Below are positions 18,691-26,895 of a stretch of 29,872 nucleotides of DNA, in pieces. The translations under genes and the position numbers were made by a program. The stretch is taken from positions 1 to 29,872 of the IMG/VR virus record IMGVR_UViG_3300046789_000071; one strand, given 5' to 3'. Numbering within the stretch: the stretch's first letter is position 1; every line of letters begins with the position of its first letter. Source of the DNA: a virus (taxonomy: Duplodnaviria > Caudoviricetes). The notes below the pieces were generated by a model, which worked only from the letters and a program-made list of their open reading frames with translations, was not told where the DNA came from and did not search any database.

Positions 18691-20415
18691 ATGTCGACCT
18701 ATCTTGATTCACTGCTATCGGCTCAACGGGCGCTCGCCTTGGCGACGAAGCAAACCGGCGTCGACGTCGATGTGTCGAAGTCGGCGCCGCCCGAGCCCGG
18801 GCAAGTGCTCGTCGCGATCGATGCGACCCATGCCGAATGGCAAGACGGCGGCGGCGGCGGCGGCGCCGCAAGCGGCATCGCAACGACCGGCGAGCCCGTC
18901 GACGTCGCGAGCTCGGCGCCGCCCGAGCCCGGGCAAGTGCTCACGGCGACCGACGCCGAGCACGCCGTTTGGCGTGTGCCCGGCTTGCACTACGACCCGT
19001 CGATCAAGTTTTGGACCTCGAGCATCGGCTCGGCGACGATCTTGCCCGGGACGTGGGGCTTCATCGAGCAACCGGGCGACGAGACGGGCGACATCACCGT
19101 GTACATCGTGTCGTCACTGGATGCGCCGCCAGTCGACTCACGCTTCGGTCTGTACGTCGGGCGTGATGTGACGATTCCCGTGACGGTGAGCGTCGTCGGC
19201 GCATCGCAGATTCAAGGCACCGACGGCGAGCTCGGATCAAGCACAACGCTGTTGCCCGGTGCCGATTACGAATGGGTTTTTTACCACGAAGACTCGGCGG
19301 CGCTGTGGGGCTTGGTTAGTGACACAGCGGGGATTGCGAAGCGGATTGCAGTGAGCGGCGGATACGTTGACGTCGCCGCCGCTGCGCCGCCTAACCCTGG
19401 TGACGTGCTCACTGCGATCGATGCCGAAAATGCCGAATGGGCGCCGCCGAGCGGCGGCAGTGGATGGCTAACATTCACCACTGATTTTGACCCTGCCGAC
19501 GGCCAATGGATCATCGCTGCCAATGCGACATCCAATTTCTTGCCAGCGGCAACCGCACCGGGGATGCACGTCGCCGTGTACGTTCCGATCGGCTACACGG
19601 ATGTAAACATCAAGTGTGTTGCCAATGCCTTCCAGATAGACCGCAAAACCTATGATGCCGGTGGACAAGTCGAGGTGCGGCCGGGCGCTTGGTACGAATG
19701 GGTGTCCGTTGACTTCGGCTCGGACATCCGCTGGGTCCCTGTTGGTGGCTCGGGAACCTCGGCGCGTCCACCGCTAGAGTATGCAGCGCCGCCGTACCCG
19801 GATACTCCCGGCGCTCTAAACAATAAGTGGTTGTTAGGCAGCGACAACACCGCGTTGGAGCTTCCGATTCAACTTATGCATGGTGATTCGATAGCGATAT
19901 TTGCTGATGTTACGTGCACCGTGCGGCCCGGTAATAGCACGTTCTTAGAAGCACCGGACCTCTCCGCGACCGTGGCATGGCCGACGTACATTACGCTTGC
20001 AGCTGGAACGTATTACGAATGGATCTACACGGACACGGACAACACTTGGCACCCGCGACAGAACATGTTGCCGAGGATTGCAGTGGGCAGCACGTTTGCT
20101 TGGTCGGCCAACGCAGCGACGATTGCCGTCTCCGGCATCGCGACATGGGCGGCGTCGAACACGATGACGGGCAACTGCACGTTGACTCTGTCAGGCGGCG
20201 TCGATGGGGTGCGCGGCTCGTTTTACGTCAAGCAAGACGCCGTCGGCAGTCGCACGCTCACGTTGACCGTGTCAGGCCGCACGATCCTACGCGACACGGG
20301 TGTGACCGACGACAATCCGAGCGCCGGTGCAAACACCATCACAGCCTATGAATACGAGTTCGTAACCATTGCCGGCACGGCATCGGTGCGCATCCGAAAG
20401 ATGCCGCTCGTATGA
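18691..20415 (+). CDS. Modular tail fibre-like protein
   Basis: AGGAGG RBS; repeated APPxPGQVLxAxDAxHAxW linkers and three YEW-containing domains. Confidence 0.7.
   Translation: MSTYLDSLLSAQRALALATKQTGVDVDVSKSAPPEPGQVLVAIDATHAEWQDGGGGGGAASGIATTGEPVDVASSAPPEPGQVLTATDAEHAVWRVPGLHYDPSIKFWTSSIGSATILPGTWGFIEQPGDETGDITVYIVSSLDAPPVDSRFGLYVGRDVTIPVTVSVVGASQIQGTDGELGSSTTLLPGADYEWVFYHEDSAALWGLVSDTAGIAKRIAVSGGYVDVAAAAPPNPGDVLTAIDAENAEWAPPSGGSGWLTFTTDFDPADGQWIIAANATSNFLPAATAPGMHVAVYVPIGYTDVNIKCVANAFQIDRKTYDAGGQVEVRPGAWYEWVSVDFGSDIRWVPVGGSGTSARPPLEYAAPPYPDTPGALNNKWLLGSDNTALELPIQLMHGDSIAIFADVTCTVRPGNSTFLEAPDLSATVAWPTYITLAAGTYYEWIYTDTDNTWHPRQNMLPRIAVGSTFAWSANAATIAVSGIATWAASNTMTGNCTLTLSGGVDGVRGSFYVKQDAVGSRTLTLTVSGRTILRDTGVTDDNPSAGANTITAYEYEFVTIAGTASVRIRKMPLV
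18781..18942 (+). repeat. Exact 30-bp direct repeat TCGGCGCCGCCCGAGCCCGGGCAAGTGCTC
   Basis: Copies at 18781-18810 and 18913-18942. Confidence 0.9.
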
Positions 20416-20443
20416 CCGCTCGAGACCGTCATGAGGTGCCGCC

Positions 20444-21943
20444 GTGCCTGACTTCGTGATCGTTGTGCCGAGCTCGCCGTCGCCGGTCGTCGTCGCGGCG
20501 CCGTCACCGGTCGTCAAAGTCAAAGTCACCGACGAGCAAGGTCCGCAAGGTCCGACCGGCCCGCAAGGTCCGCAAGGCGAGGTCGGACCGACCGGCCCGG
20601 AAGGCGACGTCGGTCCGCAAGGTGAGCAAGGCGTGCAAGGCGAGGTCGGCCCGATGGGCGCGACTGGTGCGGCCGGTGCGACCGGCCCGCAAGGCGAGCA
20701 AGGCGAGGACGGCCCGACCGGTGCAACGGGCGCGACGGGCGCGCAAGGTCCGCAAGGCGAGGTCGGACCAACCGGCCCGCAAGGCGCAAACGGTGCGACG
20801 GGCGCGACCGGTGCGCCCGGCCCGAGCAACATCATCCGTGAGTCGGGCGGGCCGACCGATCTAACTGTCGGAGCATGGGCCGACACGACATGGCTCAAAC
20901 GTGTAGGCGCAACCGCGGTCGGTGCCACACCTAGCGCTAGCGACGTTGGTGCTGCGCCCACATCACGCGTAATCGCGGCCGGCACAGGATTGACCGGCGG
21001 CGGCTCGTTAGCAGCGGATCGCACGCTCGCCGCCGACTTCGGCACCGGAGCGGGCAAGGTCACGCAAGGCAACGATTCGCGCTTGGGCGACGACCGCACG
21101 GCATCCGGCTTGCGAACGGCAACAAGCGTTGTGTCTGTGTCGGCCGCTGCCGCTCCATCGGCCGGCCAGATACTTGTCGCAACCGGCGCGGCGGCTGCGG
21201 CCTGGCAGTCGTTGGTCGGATCGCAGAGGTACTTTTCTAACTACTCGGTGGCACCGGCGTCGCCTAGCGCGGTCGACGACGAGTTCACGAGCGGCTCGGC
21301 CGATCTGGCCGTGCGTGGTTGGACTATCGTCAGCGCTGCGGGCGTGGTGCTGACGCGTGCCGGCGATATTCAACCTTGGGTCGCTCCGACCTCGATTCCG
21401 GCGACTCAGTACCGGTCGACCATTACGCCTGACGGCTTACTGATTCAGGCTGCCGGCGAGACATGGGTTTACAGGTCGAGTGTCGGACCGGCGGCGTACG
21501 TATGCGAAAGCATGACCTCGACCACGCCGACAACGACCAATTACACACTCGCCCCGTTGATATTCAACGTTGCGACTCCTGTGTTGAATAACACGCTGTT
21601 GCGCGTGTACATCGAAAGCTACAACAATAACAAAACGCTCACGATCATGACGCCGCCGCAGTCGTACTCCGGGCTTGGCTCGGCCGGTGCAGGCTCCGCG
21701 ACCTATCAGACTATCGGGATGATAGATATCAACGGCGCGAGCAACCCTGCGATCTACGCCACGGCTGCAGCCTCCTATAACATGTGGCTCGGGCTCACCA
21801 CTGGCCCTAACACGCCGGCGGCGTTCGTGCCGCAGGCTGCGGGATTCGGCTTCCGGCTAGGCGCGACGCTTCGCACGTGGGCGCACTTTCGTTACTTCCG
21901 CAGGTACCCGCAAGGCGTTTGGCCGTTGCTAAACGGGCTCTGA
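20444..21943 (+). CDS. Collagen-like tail fibre / receptor-binding protein
   Basis: 32 consecutive Gly-X-Y triplets (20540-20827); [17 protein letters not shown] and QGNDSRL fibre motifs; beta-rich C-terminus. Confidence 0.82.
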   Translation: MPDFVIVVPSSPSPVVVAAPSPVVKVKVTDEQGPQGPTGPQGPQGEVGPTGPEGDVGPQGEQGVQGEVGPMGATGAAGATGPQGEQGEDGPTGATGATGAQGPQGEVGPTGPQGANGATGATGAPGPSNIIRESGGPTDLTVGAWADTTWLKRVGATAVGATPSASDVGAAPTSRVIAAGTGLTGGGSLAADRTLAADFGTGAGKVTQGNDSRLGDDRTASGLRTATSVVSVSAAAAPSAGQILVATGAAAAAWQSLVGSQRYFSNYSVAPASPSAVDDEFTSGSADLAVRGWTIVSAAGVVLTRAGDIQPWVAPTSIPATQYRSTITPDGLLIQAAGETWVYRSSVGPAAYVCESMTSTTPTTTNYTLAPLIFNVATPVLNNTLLRVYIESYNNNKTLTIMTPPQSYSGLGSAGAGSATYQTIGMIDINGASNPAIYATAAASYNMWLGLTTGPNTPAAFVPQAAGFGFRLGATLRTWAHFRYFRRYPQGVWPLLNGL

Positions 21944-21968
21944 CATCGCCATCGCAAACGGACGAACG

Positions 21969-22328
21969 ATGCTGACACTCAACTTCATTCCCGCATCTAT
22001 CACGGTCGCCAGTGTGATCGGCGCGACGCTCTCGTTTAGCATCACGGCGAAACGAAGCGACGGCACGCCTTTCGACTTGAGCGGGTACACGATCACGGCG
22101 CCACTCGCTTCGGCCCAAGTCGACGGCGCCGAGCCGCCCGTGCCCGCCTTTACGATCGCAGTCACCGACGTCGCAACACTCACGCTATCGCTCGACTCCG
22201 GGCAAACGAGCTCGCTCGGCGCGGCGTACCTCGGCACGCCGCTCCCTTGGCGTTGGTCGGTATGGCTGCAAAACGATGCCGAGCGGATCGAACTCGTGCG
22301 CGGCGAGGTCGTGCTGCACCGGGCGTGA
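21969..22328 (+). CDS. Small BppU-N-like (Ig-type) structural protein
   Basis: GATLSFSIT..DGTPFDLSGY..TLSLDSGQT..LVRGEV pattern; last gene of the operon. Confidence 0.6.
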   Translation: MLTLNFIPASITVASVIGATLSFSITAKRSDGTPFDLSGYTITAPLASAQVDGAEPPVPAFTIAVTDVATLTLSLDSGQTSSLGAAYLGTPLPWRWSVWLQNDAERIELVRGEVVLHRA

Positions 22329-22364
22329 GCGTGTTAGTCTGCGGTTGGTTCGCTAGTTGCCTCG

Positions 22365-22407
22365 CGCCGCCCGTGCCTTGCCCCCAATGCACGGGCGGCG
22401 TTTTTTT
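22365..22407 (+). terminator. Intrinsic terminator ending the virion operon
   Basis: 12-bp stem CGCCGCCCGTGC/GCACGGGCGGCG followed by T7. Confidence 0.92.
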
Positions 22408-22425
22408 GTGCCGCACACGTGGCAT

Positions 22426-22454
22426 TTCATGCGACGGCCCGTACCGGCGACAAT
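22426..22454 (+). promoter_or_regulatory. Possible sigma70-type promoter for the lipoprotein
   Basis: TTCATG-17 bp-GACAAT, 9 nt before ATG 22464; no SD visible. Confidence 0.3.
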
Positions 22455-22463
22455 GATCGGCCT

Positions 22464-23129
22464 ATGCCGTACCGGTCGCTACTGAGCGTGTGTGTTGCGT
22501 GTGTTTTGTGTGCATGTGGTGCCGCCGCGGGCGGCGACGCCGTCGACAAGCTCGATGCTTCCATGGCGGAGACCGAGCCCGACGCCGCCATGGCGACCGA
22601 GTGCAAGCCGGTGAAGACCGCCGAGCCGGTCGCTTGCAAGCCGGTCGCGTGCGTGCCGGCAAGGCCCGCGGCGCCCGTCGCATGCACGCCTGTGGCATGT
22701 ACAGCGGTCGACTGCACACCGGTCGACTGTGAGCCGGTCGCGTGCACGCCGACCGAGCCCGAGGCGCCCGCGCCCGTCGCGCCGACGTTGCCGCTCACCG
22801 TGTATAGCGTCGACGACCCATTCTGCCGAATCAGCAACACGGGCTCGGCGCACGATGGCGAGATATGGGGTTGTCGCTCGTATCCGCTCAACGTTGGCGA
22901 GGTGCGATACCCGACGGCCGAGCCCCGCGACCTCATCGGGTGCAACACGCCGACGACATGGCCGTGCGGCGAGGGCTCGCCCGCGGGTTGCGTGCGTTAC
23001 GAGCGCCGCTTCGTCGCCGACGTGCCGTGCCCGGTCGACGGGCAATGCACCGTGTGGTTGGGCGGCAAGAGCTACGCGGGCAAGTGTGTGCCGCAAACGG
23101 CGTCGCAGATCGGCGTGCGCGCGCGGTGA
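22464..23129 (+). CDS. Cys-rich putative lipoprotein (moron)
   Basis: Signal peptide MPYRSLLSVCVACVLCA-C-G with a lipobox-like Cys; seven [PA]V[AD]C repeats; Cys-rich C-terminal domain. Confidence 0.72.
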   Translation: MPYRSLLSVCVACVLCACGAAAGGDAVDKLDASMAETEPDAAMATECKPVKTAEPVACKPVACVPARPAAPVACTPVACTAVDCTPVDCEPVACTPTEPEAPAPVAPTLPLTVYSVDDPFCRISNTGSAHDGEIWGCRSYPLNVGEVRYPTAEPRDLIGCNTPTTWPCGEGSPAGCVRYERRFVADVPCPVDGQCTVWLGGKSYAGKCVPQTASQIGVRAR

Positions 23130-23163
23130 AAGTCGCCAAGGTTCGGCGGCGCCCGGCTCGAGC

Positions 23164-23634
23164 GTGAAGGGCGTCGCATCTCGTGCTGCTCTTGCTCACA
23201 CGCGAACACCACACCTGACACCGAAACGGCCGCCGCGAACAACTTCTGCCGCATCACCCGTCCTTGACGAAACGATCGTCTCAGGGAAGTGGACCGGCTG
23301 TCACGATGCGGAATTGGAGGCGGCGACACCACAATCCGTCAGACTAGCGCTTTACACTGACAAATCGGGTGTTAGGTTAGCCGGCGTTCGTATGATTCAG
23401 TTTGAACCTACTCCATACCGATACAGCGCGTTTCTCCGTCCAAACAGCGACGGCAGGCTTCCGAGGACCGGGGAATACGTGACGGATCGCATCAATACCT
23501 ATTGCGTCGCGGCCGAAGCGGATTCTTCGGGCCTCGGCGAAGTGGACTTTATAGACCCGAAGTCGTTGGACGAAGGAACAGCCATCGTCGGCGACTGTGA
23601 GCTCCGCGAGGTGATTCGCTTCCCACTGGGTTAG
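23164..23634 (+). CDS. Hypothetical protein, atypical composition
   Basis: Open frame with protein-like C-terminal ~110 aa in a visibly lower-GC patch; start uncertain. Confidence 0.35.
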   Translation: MKGVASRAALAHTRTPHLTPKRPPRTTSAASPVLDETIVSGKWTGCHDAELEAATPQSVRLALYTDKSGVRLAGVRMIQFEPTPYRYSAFLRPNSDGRLPRTGEYVTDRINTYCVAAEADSSGLGEVDFIDPKSLDEGTAIVGDCELREVIRFPLG

Positions 23635-23657
23635 ACGCCGCGCGCCGTCGACGCCGC

Positions 23658-24107
23658 TCACGGCGCTTGCTCCGGCTCGAGCATCATCAGCACGCAGCAC
23701 AGCCGCGCGCCATCGCCGCGGCTGACGACGAGCTCGCCGGCGAGCCCGCCGCGCGACCAGATGCGCACGAGCTCGTGCGCGCCGAGCTCGGTCACCTCGG
23801 CGGAGCTCACGACGTGGTCGCTCGGGCTCGGCTCGCTGCCGGCCGGGCGGACGTAGCGGCGCTTGTGCGTGCCGCGTTGCTCGTATGCCTCGCGCATGGC
23901 CTGCAAGACCTTCAGCTCGTCGCCGGGATCGTCGGTGTTGAGCGACGCGCACACGAGATTGAGATCGGCGCCGGCGCGGTTGTAAACGGCGATCAGCGCC
24001 GCGAGCTCGTCCGGAAGCGCTGCCTCGAGGGCTTCGAGCTGCTTCAGTACGGCGCTCCGCAGACCGTCGACGGGTCCGTCCACCGGTGGTACACGAGGAT
24101 CGTTCAT
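23658..24107 (-). CDS. Hypothetical protein
   Basis: AGGGGG RBS, high-GC3 codon usage, preceded by leader hairpin A. Confidence 0.7.
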   Translation of the reverse strand: MNDPRVPPVDGPVDGLRSAVLKQLEALEAALPDELAALIAVYNRAGADLNLVCASLNTDDPGDELKVLQAMREAYEQRGTHKRRYVRPAGSEPSPSDHVVSSAEVTELGAHELVRIWSRGGLAGELVVSRGDGARLCCVLMMLEPEQAP

Positions 24108-24138
24108 GCGGTGCCCCCTACGATGCCGTGTGAACCGT

Positions 24139-24168
24139 GGCCCGGGCCGTTCGATGCGGCGCCGGGTC
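24139..24168 (-). promoter_or_regulatory. Leader hairpin copy A
   Basis: GACCCGG-C-GCCG-CATCGAA-CGGC-CCGGGCC, ~30 nt before ATG 24107. Confidence 0.65.
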
Positions 24169-24205
24169 GGTTCATGTCTGGCGGCGACGATGGCATGTGC
24201 GACGG

Positions 24206-24245
24206 AACAAAATCAAACGGCCCGCGCCGAAGTAGCGCGAGCCGT
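24206..24245 (-). terminator. Intrinsic terminator after the RHH gene
   Basis: Minus strand ACGGCTCGCGC-loop-GCGCGGGCCGT then TTGATTTTGTT. Confidence 0.7.
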
Positions 24246-24276
24246 CATCCATCACGCCTTGTGTGCCGTAGCTAGA

Positions 24277-24651
24277 TCACGCTTCGCGCACATCGCGTGC
24301 CGCATGTAACGCGTCACGGATGCAGCGCATGCGGTGCGTCTCGTCGGTCGACCACAGCGCTTCGAGGGCGGGCCGCAGAACCGGCTCACCATAGCCCGCG
24401 ACCTCGGACACGAGCCGGGTCAGCTCGGTCTTGGTTTTCTGGCTCGACGTCGCCGATAGGCGTTCGAGCATGATGGCGGTGATCGACATGCCGAGCCGAT
24501 CGGCTTCTTCGGCGCACTCGGCGTGGATGTCGCGCGGGATACGTAGGTGCATTTTGACGTCTTCCGGATTTTTGCGGCGCCGGCGCCGTACTTTTGTGCC
24601 GCTTGTATTTGCCGCTCTTGTCGTCTTTTCTGTATCTTCCTGCTTGCTCAT
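24277..24651 (-). CDS. Arc/ribbon-helix-helix DNA-binding protein
   Basis: VKMHLRIPRDIHAECAEEADRLGMSITAIMLERL has the RHH strand-helix-GxS-helix pattern. Confidence 0.8.
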   Translation of the reverse strand: MSKQEDTEKTTRAANTSGTKVRRRRRKNPEDVKMHLRIPRDIHAECAEEADRLGMSITAIMLERLSATSSQKTKTELTRLVSEVAGYGEPVLRPALEALWSTDETHRMRCIRDALHAARDVREA

Positions 24652-24677
24652 TCGGACCTGGTTTCCGGGTGGGCCAC

Positions 24678-24707
24678 GACCCGGGCCGTTCCTAGCGGCG
24701 CCGGGTC
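24678..24707 (-). promoter_or_regulatory. Leader hairpin copy B
   Basis: GACCCGG-C-GCCG-CTAGGAA-CGGC-CCGGGTC, 26 nt before ATG 24651. Confidence 0.65.
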
Positions 24708-24736
24708 ACATGTATTTTGGGGTGTGCCATGGACGG

Positions 24737-24850
24737 GCGGGCATCGGCAAATTCCGCGGTTCAACGGGACCGCTGAGCGAGTGCCGGGCATCGACAGGCA
24801 GCGCGCTCACTGTCAGGATGACTGATGTCCGCAGCTGATGGCGGCGGACA
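24737..24850 (+). ncRNA. Candidate structured RNA in a divergent intergenic region
   Basis: 11-bp closing stem (with G-U pairs on the + strand) enclosing two internal hairpins, plus an overlapping alternative hairpin. Confidence 0.4.
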
Positions 24851-24858
24851 AATGAAGT

Positions 24859-24887
24859 GGCCCCGCGCTGCGCTAACAGCCGAGGCC
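24859..24887 (+). promoter_or_regulatory. Leader hairpin copy C
   Basis: GGCCCCG-C-GCTG-CGCTAA-CAGC-CGAGGCC followed by an SD-sequestering GGAG-TAA-CTCC and ATG 24911. Confidence 0.6.
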
Positions 24888-24910
24888 GTGACACCGAAGG
24901 AGTAACTCCG

Positions 24911-25804
24911 ATGTCTGAGGATCTTAGTCCGGCGCCCAACGGGGCTGCCAAGTTTTCCACGAACGCGACACCTACATCCGCACCGCTCGAGTCGCTCACG
25001 CTCGACACGCTGCGGCGACTCGCGGACAGCGGGCCCGACGCCGCCACGCGTGCTCGTGCCCGGCGCGAGGTCGAAGCGCGGACGGCCGCCTCGGGGCCGA
25101 GCACGCTGCGGTGCTGGGTCCACGTCGGGCGCTCCGGCTTCGGTACGCCCGAGCCCCGGCTAATGGTCGAGCTCGACGGCGGCGCGTGCGGACGGCGCTG
25201 GGTGCAGGCAGCGCTCTACGAGCTCGCCGCCGAGCTCGAGCGCGCGATCGCCGCGACGCCCGAGGGCTGGGTGGTCGGCACGCGCTACATGACCGATGGG
25301 CACGGCTTCGTCTTCGTCGAGCTGATGGACGGCTCGCCGGCCGAGGTGCGCCGCGCGACAGCCGTGCTAGAGCCGCTCGCCGGCACGGCGCCGACGGGCA
25401 AGAGCGCCGGCCGGCGGCCCGGTCGGACGCGGCAAGTTGGAGCTGCACCTGTGCCGGACCGGACGGCTGAGGGCACCGTGGAGGCTGCTCAGGCCGGCGT
25501 CACGGCGGCGGCTTCGGAGCCCGAGGGCGAAGCGGCTGTGCCGGACGACGGGGTACCGGCGGCGCCGGACGTGGCCGACGAGAGCGAGGGGCGTGCCCGG
25601 CGCCGCAAGAGGCAACGGTACCGCGAGGCGGCCGGACACGCCGCCGGTGACTTCGAACGCGAGCAGCTGTCCGGGGATGCTGGACAGCTACCCGAGTGCG
25701 CTCGAGCGGCGCTCGGCGGCGGACCGAAGAGCGGCGCGTACTGGGATTGGTTGCTCGAGCAGTGGCGGCACGCGACGCCGGCGGCAGCGGACGGTGCCTC
25801 ATGA
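24911..25804 (+). CDS. Hypothetical protein
   Basis: AAGGAG RBS, GC3-biased codons, ATGA overlap with the next gene. Confidence 0.7.
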   Translation: MSEDLSPAPNGAAKFSTNATPTSAPLESLTLDTLRRLADSGPDAATRARARREVEARTAASGPSTLRCWVHVGRSGFGTPEPRLMVELDGGACGRRWVQAALYELAAELERAIAATPEGWVVGTRYMTDGHGFVFVELMDGSPAEVRRATAVLEPLAGTAPTGKSAGRRPGRTRQVGAAPVPDRTAEGTVEAAQAGVTAAASEPEGEAAVPDDGVPAAPDVADESEGRARRRKRQRYREAAGHAAGDFEREQLSGDAGQLPECARAALGGGPKSGAYWDWLLEQWRHATPAAADGAS

Positions 25805-26004
25805 CCAAGCTCGTCGCCGCGCTGCCCGCCATGTCCACGACGCAGCTGCTCATGATGCTGGACTTCTACGAGGGTGAATCGATCCGTGTGCACTACGCCG
25901 GCCTGCGGGCGGACATCCGCGCCGTGTTGCGGGCGCGCGGTGTCTCGGACAGCGAGCGCGCGAGTGTCCGGGGTGCAGCGGGCGGTCTGAAGCTAGTGCG
26001 CTAG
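25801..26004 (+). CDS. Hypothetical protein (67 aa)
   Basis: ATGA-coupled; MTKLVAALPAMSTTQLLMMLDFY...GGLKLVR. Confidence 0.6.
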   Translation: MTKLVAALPAMSTTQLLMMLDFYEGESIRVHYAGLRADIRAVLRARGVSDSERASVRGAAGGLKLVR

Positions 26005-26085
26005 ACTGCACGTGCCCTCTAGTTGCTGATGGTCGCTACGGACAGCACGGCCCGGTGAGTCGCCTTGCTCACCGGGCCGTTGTGT

Positions 26086-26385
26086 TCAGGGCATCAGCGC
26101 GACGTCCCACGCCGCTACGCTCGAGCCGTACACCGGTCCGGTCATCGTATTGGCGAGCCGGACCGCTGACGCCCGCCCGCCGCAGTGTGAGCAGCGCAGC
26201 CGACCGAAGACCTCGCGCAGCGGGCGGTCGCCCTCTCGCCGGAACGTGTGCTTGTTGAGTCTGCAGCGCGTGACCTGTCCGCAGCCGCCGCACGTCACCA
26301 CCAGCCACAGGCCGGCGAGCTCGACGACCGGCGTGACGAGGAACTCGTCGCGGGTCTTGGGGGGAGGGGCGGCGCTGGGACGCAT
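26086..26385 (-). CDS. Small zinc-ribbon protein
   Basis: LVVTCGGCG...RLRCSHCGGR, two CxxC pairs, 99 aa. Confidence 0.72.
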   Translation of the reverse strand: MRPSAAPPPKTRDEFLVTPVVELAGLWLVVTCGGCGQVTRCRLNKHTFRREGDRPLREVFGRLRCSHCGGRASAVRLANTMTGPVYGSSVAAWDVALMP

Positions 26386-26431
26386 GCTGCTCACGTGCGC
26401 AGTACGGTAGCCGGCCGGCGACGGATCCGCA

Positions 26432-26459
26432 CTAGTGTGGATGCTTGCAACCACACTAG
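26432..26459. repeat. 28-bp near-perfect palindrome
   Basis: CTAGTGTGGAT-GCTTGC-AACCACACTAG. Confidence 0.85.
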
Positions 26460-26502
26460 CTTCGCCTCGCAACCTGCCGGACGGACACCCGATGTGTCCG
26501 CC

Positions 26503-26643
26503 ATGACCATCGAGGTGGAACCGTTCGGCGGGCTCGTCGTGAGGTGGCAGGCGCTCGACGCGTGGCTGCTCGTCGACGTGACCGGGGCTTACTGCGTGTG
26601 GCGGGGAAGGGTGCTTGGGCGGGTTGCGGTGGGGGTGGCGTGA
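26503..26643 (+). CDS. Possible 46-aa protein
   Basis: MTIEVEPFGGLVVRWQALDAWLL..., plausible codon usage, preceded by hairpin 26482-26500; no clear SD. Confidence 0.35.
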   Translation: MTIEVEPFGGLVVRWQALDAWLLVDVTGAYCVWRGRVLGRVAVGVA

Positions 26644-26727
26644 GGGCCGAGTCTGGAAATCAAGGCGACCGAGGGTGTGCTCCGCTTCGGAGACCAGCAC
26701 ATCGAAGCGGAGCACACGGTCGCACTC

Positions 26728-26895
26728 GAAAAACCCACGGAAAAACCCACGCCTGTTTGACGCTACGTTCTAAGTATGCGAAATCGCGGGTCTGCACCCA
26801 TAGCTCAGCCGGATAGAGCAGCGGCCTTCTAAGCCGTTAGGGGACACAACAGTTACATACAGTTAGACACCGTTTGTACCTAGCGTGGGTTTTTC
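26728..26895. other. attP: arm-type repeats flanking a tRNA-derived core
   Basis: GAAAAACCCACG twice in tandem (26728-26751) and an exact inverted copy (26884-26895). IHF-like TAAGTATGCGAAA at 26771-26783; ACAGTTA twice at 10-bp spacing (26849, 26859). Abuts the int stop. Confidence 0.85.
26794..26841 (+). tRNA. 5' half only of tRNA-Arg(UCU), att core
   Basis: GCACCCA-TA-GCTC-AGCCGGATA-GAGC-A-GCGGC-CTTCTAA-GCCGT-TAGG. Anticodon TCT at 26828-26830; no T-arm or 3' acceptor strand follows. Confidence 0.9.

Noticed and set aside
20540-20827. DNA repeat array or DGR template/variable repeat
   Set aside because: Explained by Gly-X-Y coding; no reverse transcriptase and no adenine-specific repeat pair seen.
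24737-24850. Hammerhead ribozyme, cobalamin or c-di-GMP riboswitch
   Set aside because: CTGATG and GGCAAA fragments occur, but the complete cores (CUGAUGA plus GAAA; GCCACUG; GNRA/receptor) are absent.
26794-26841. Prophage boundary (attL/attR)
   Set aside because: Arm repeats occur on both sides of the core and phage genes continue on both sides, which fits attP.
26794-26870. Complete, split or intron-containing tRNA gene
   Set aside because: No GGTTCRAnTCC T-arm or TGGGTGC acceptor strand follows, and I found no matching 3' half elsewhere in the window.
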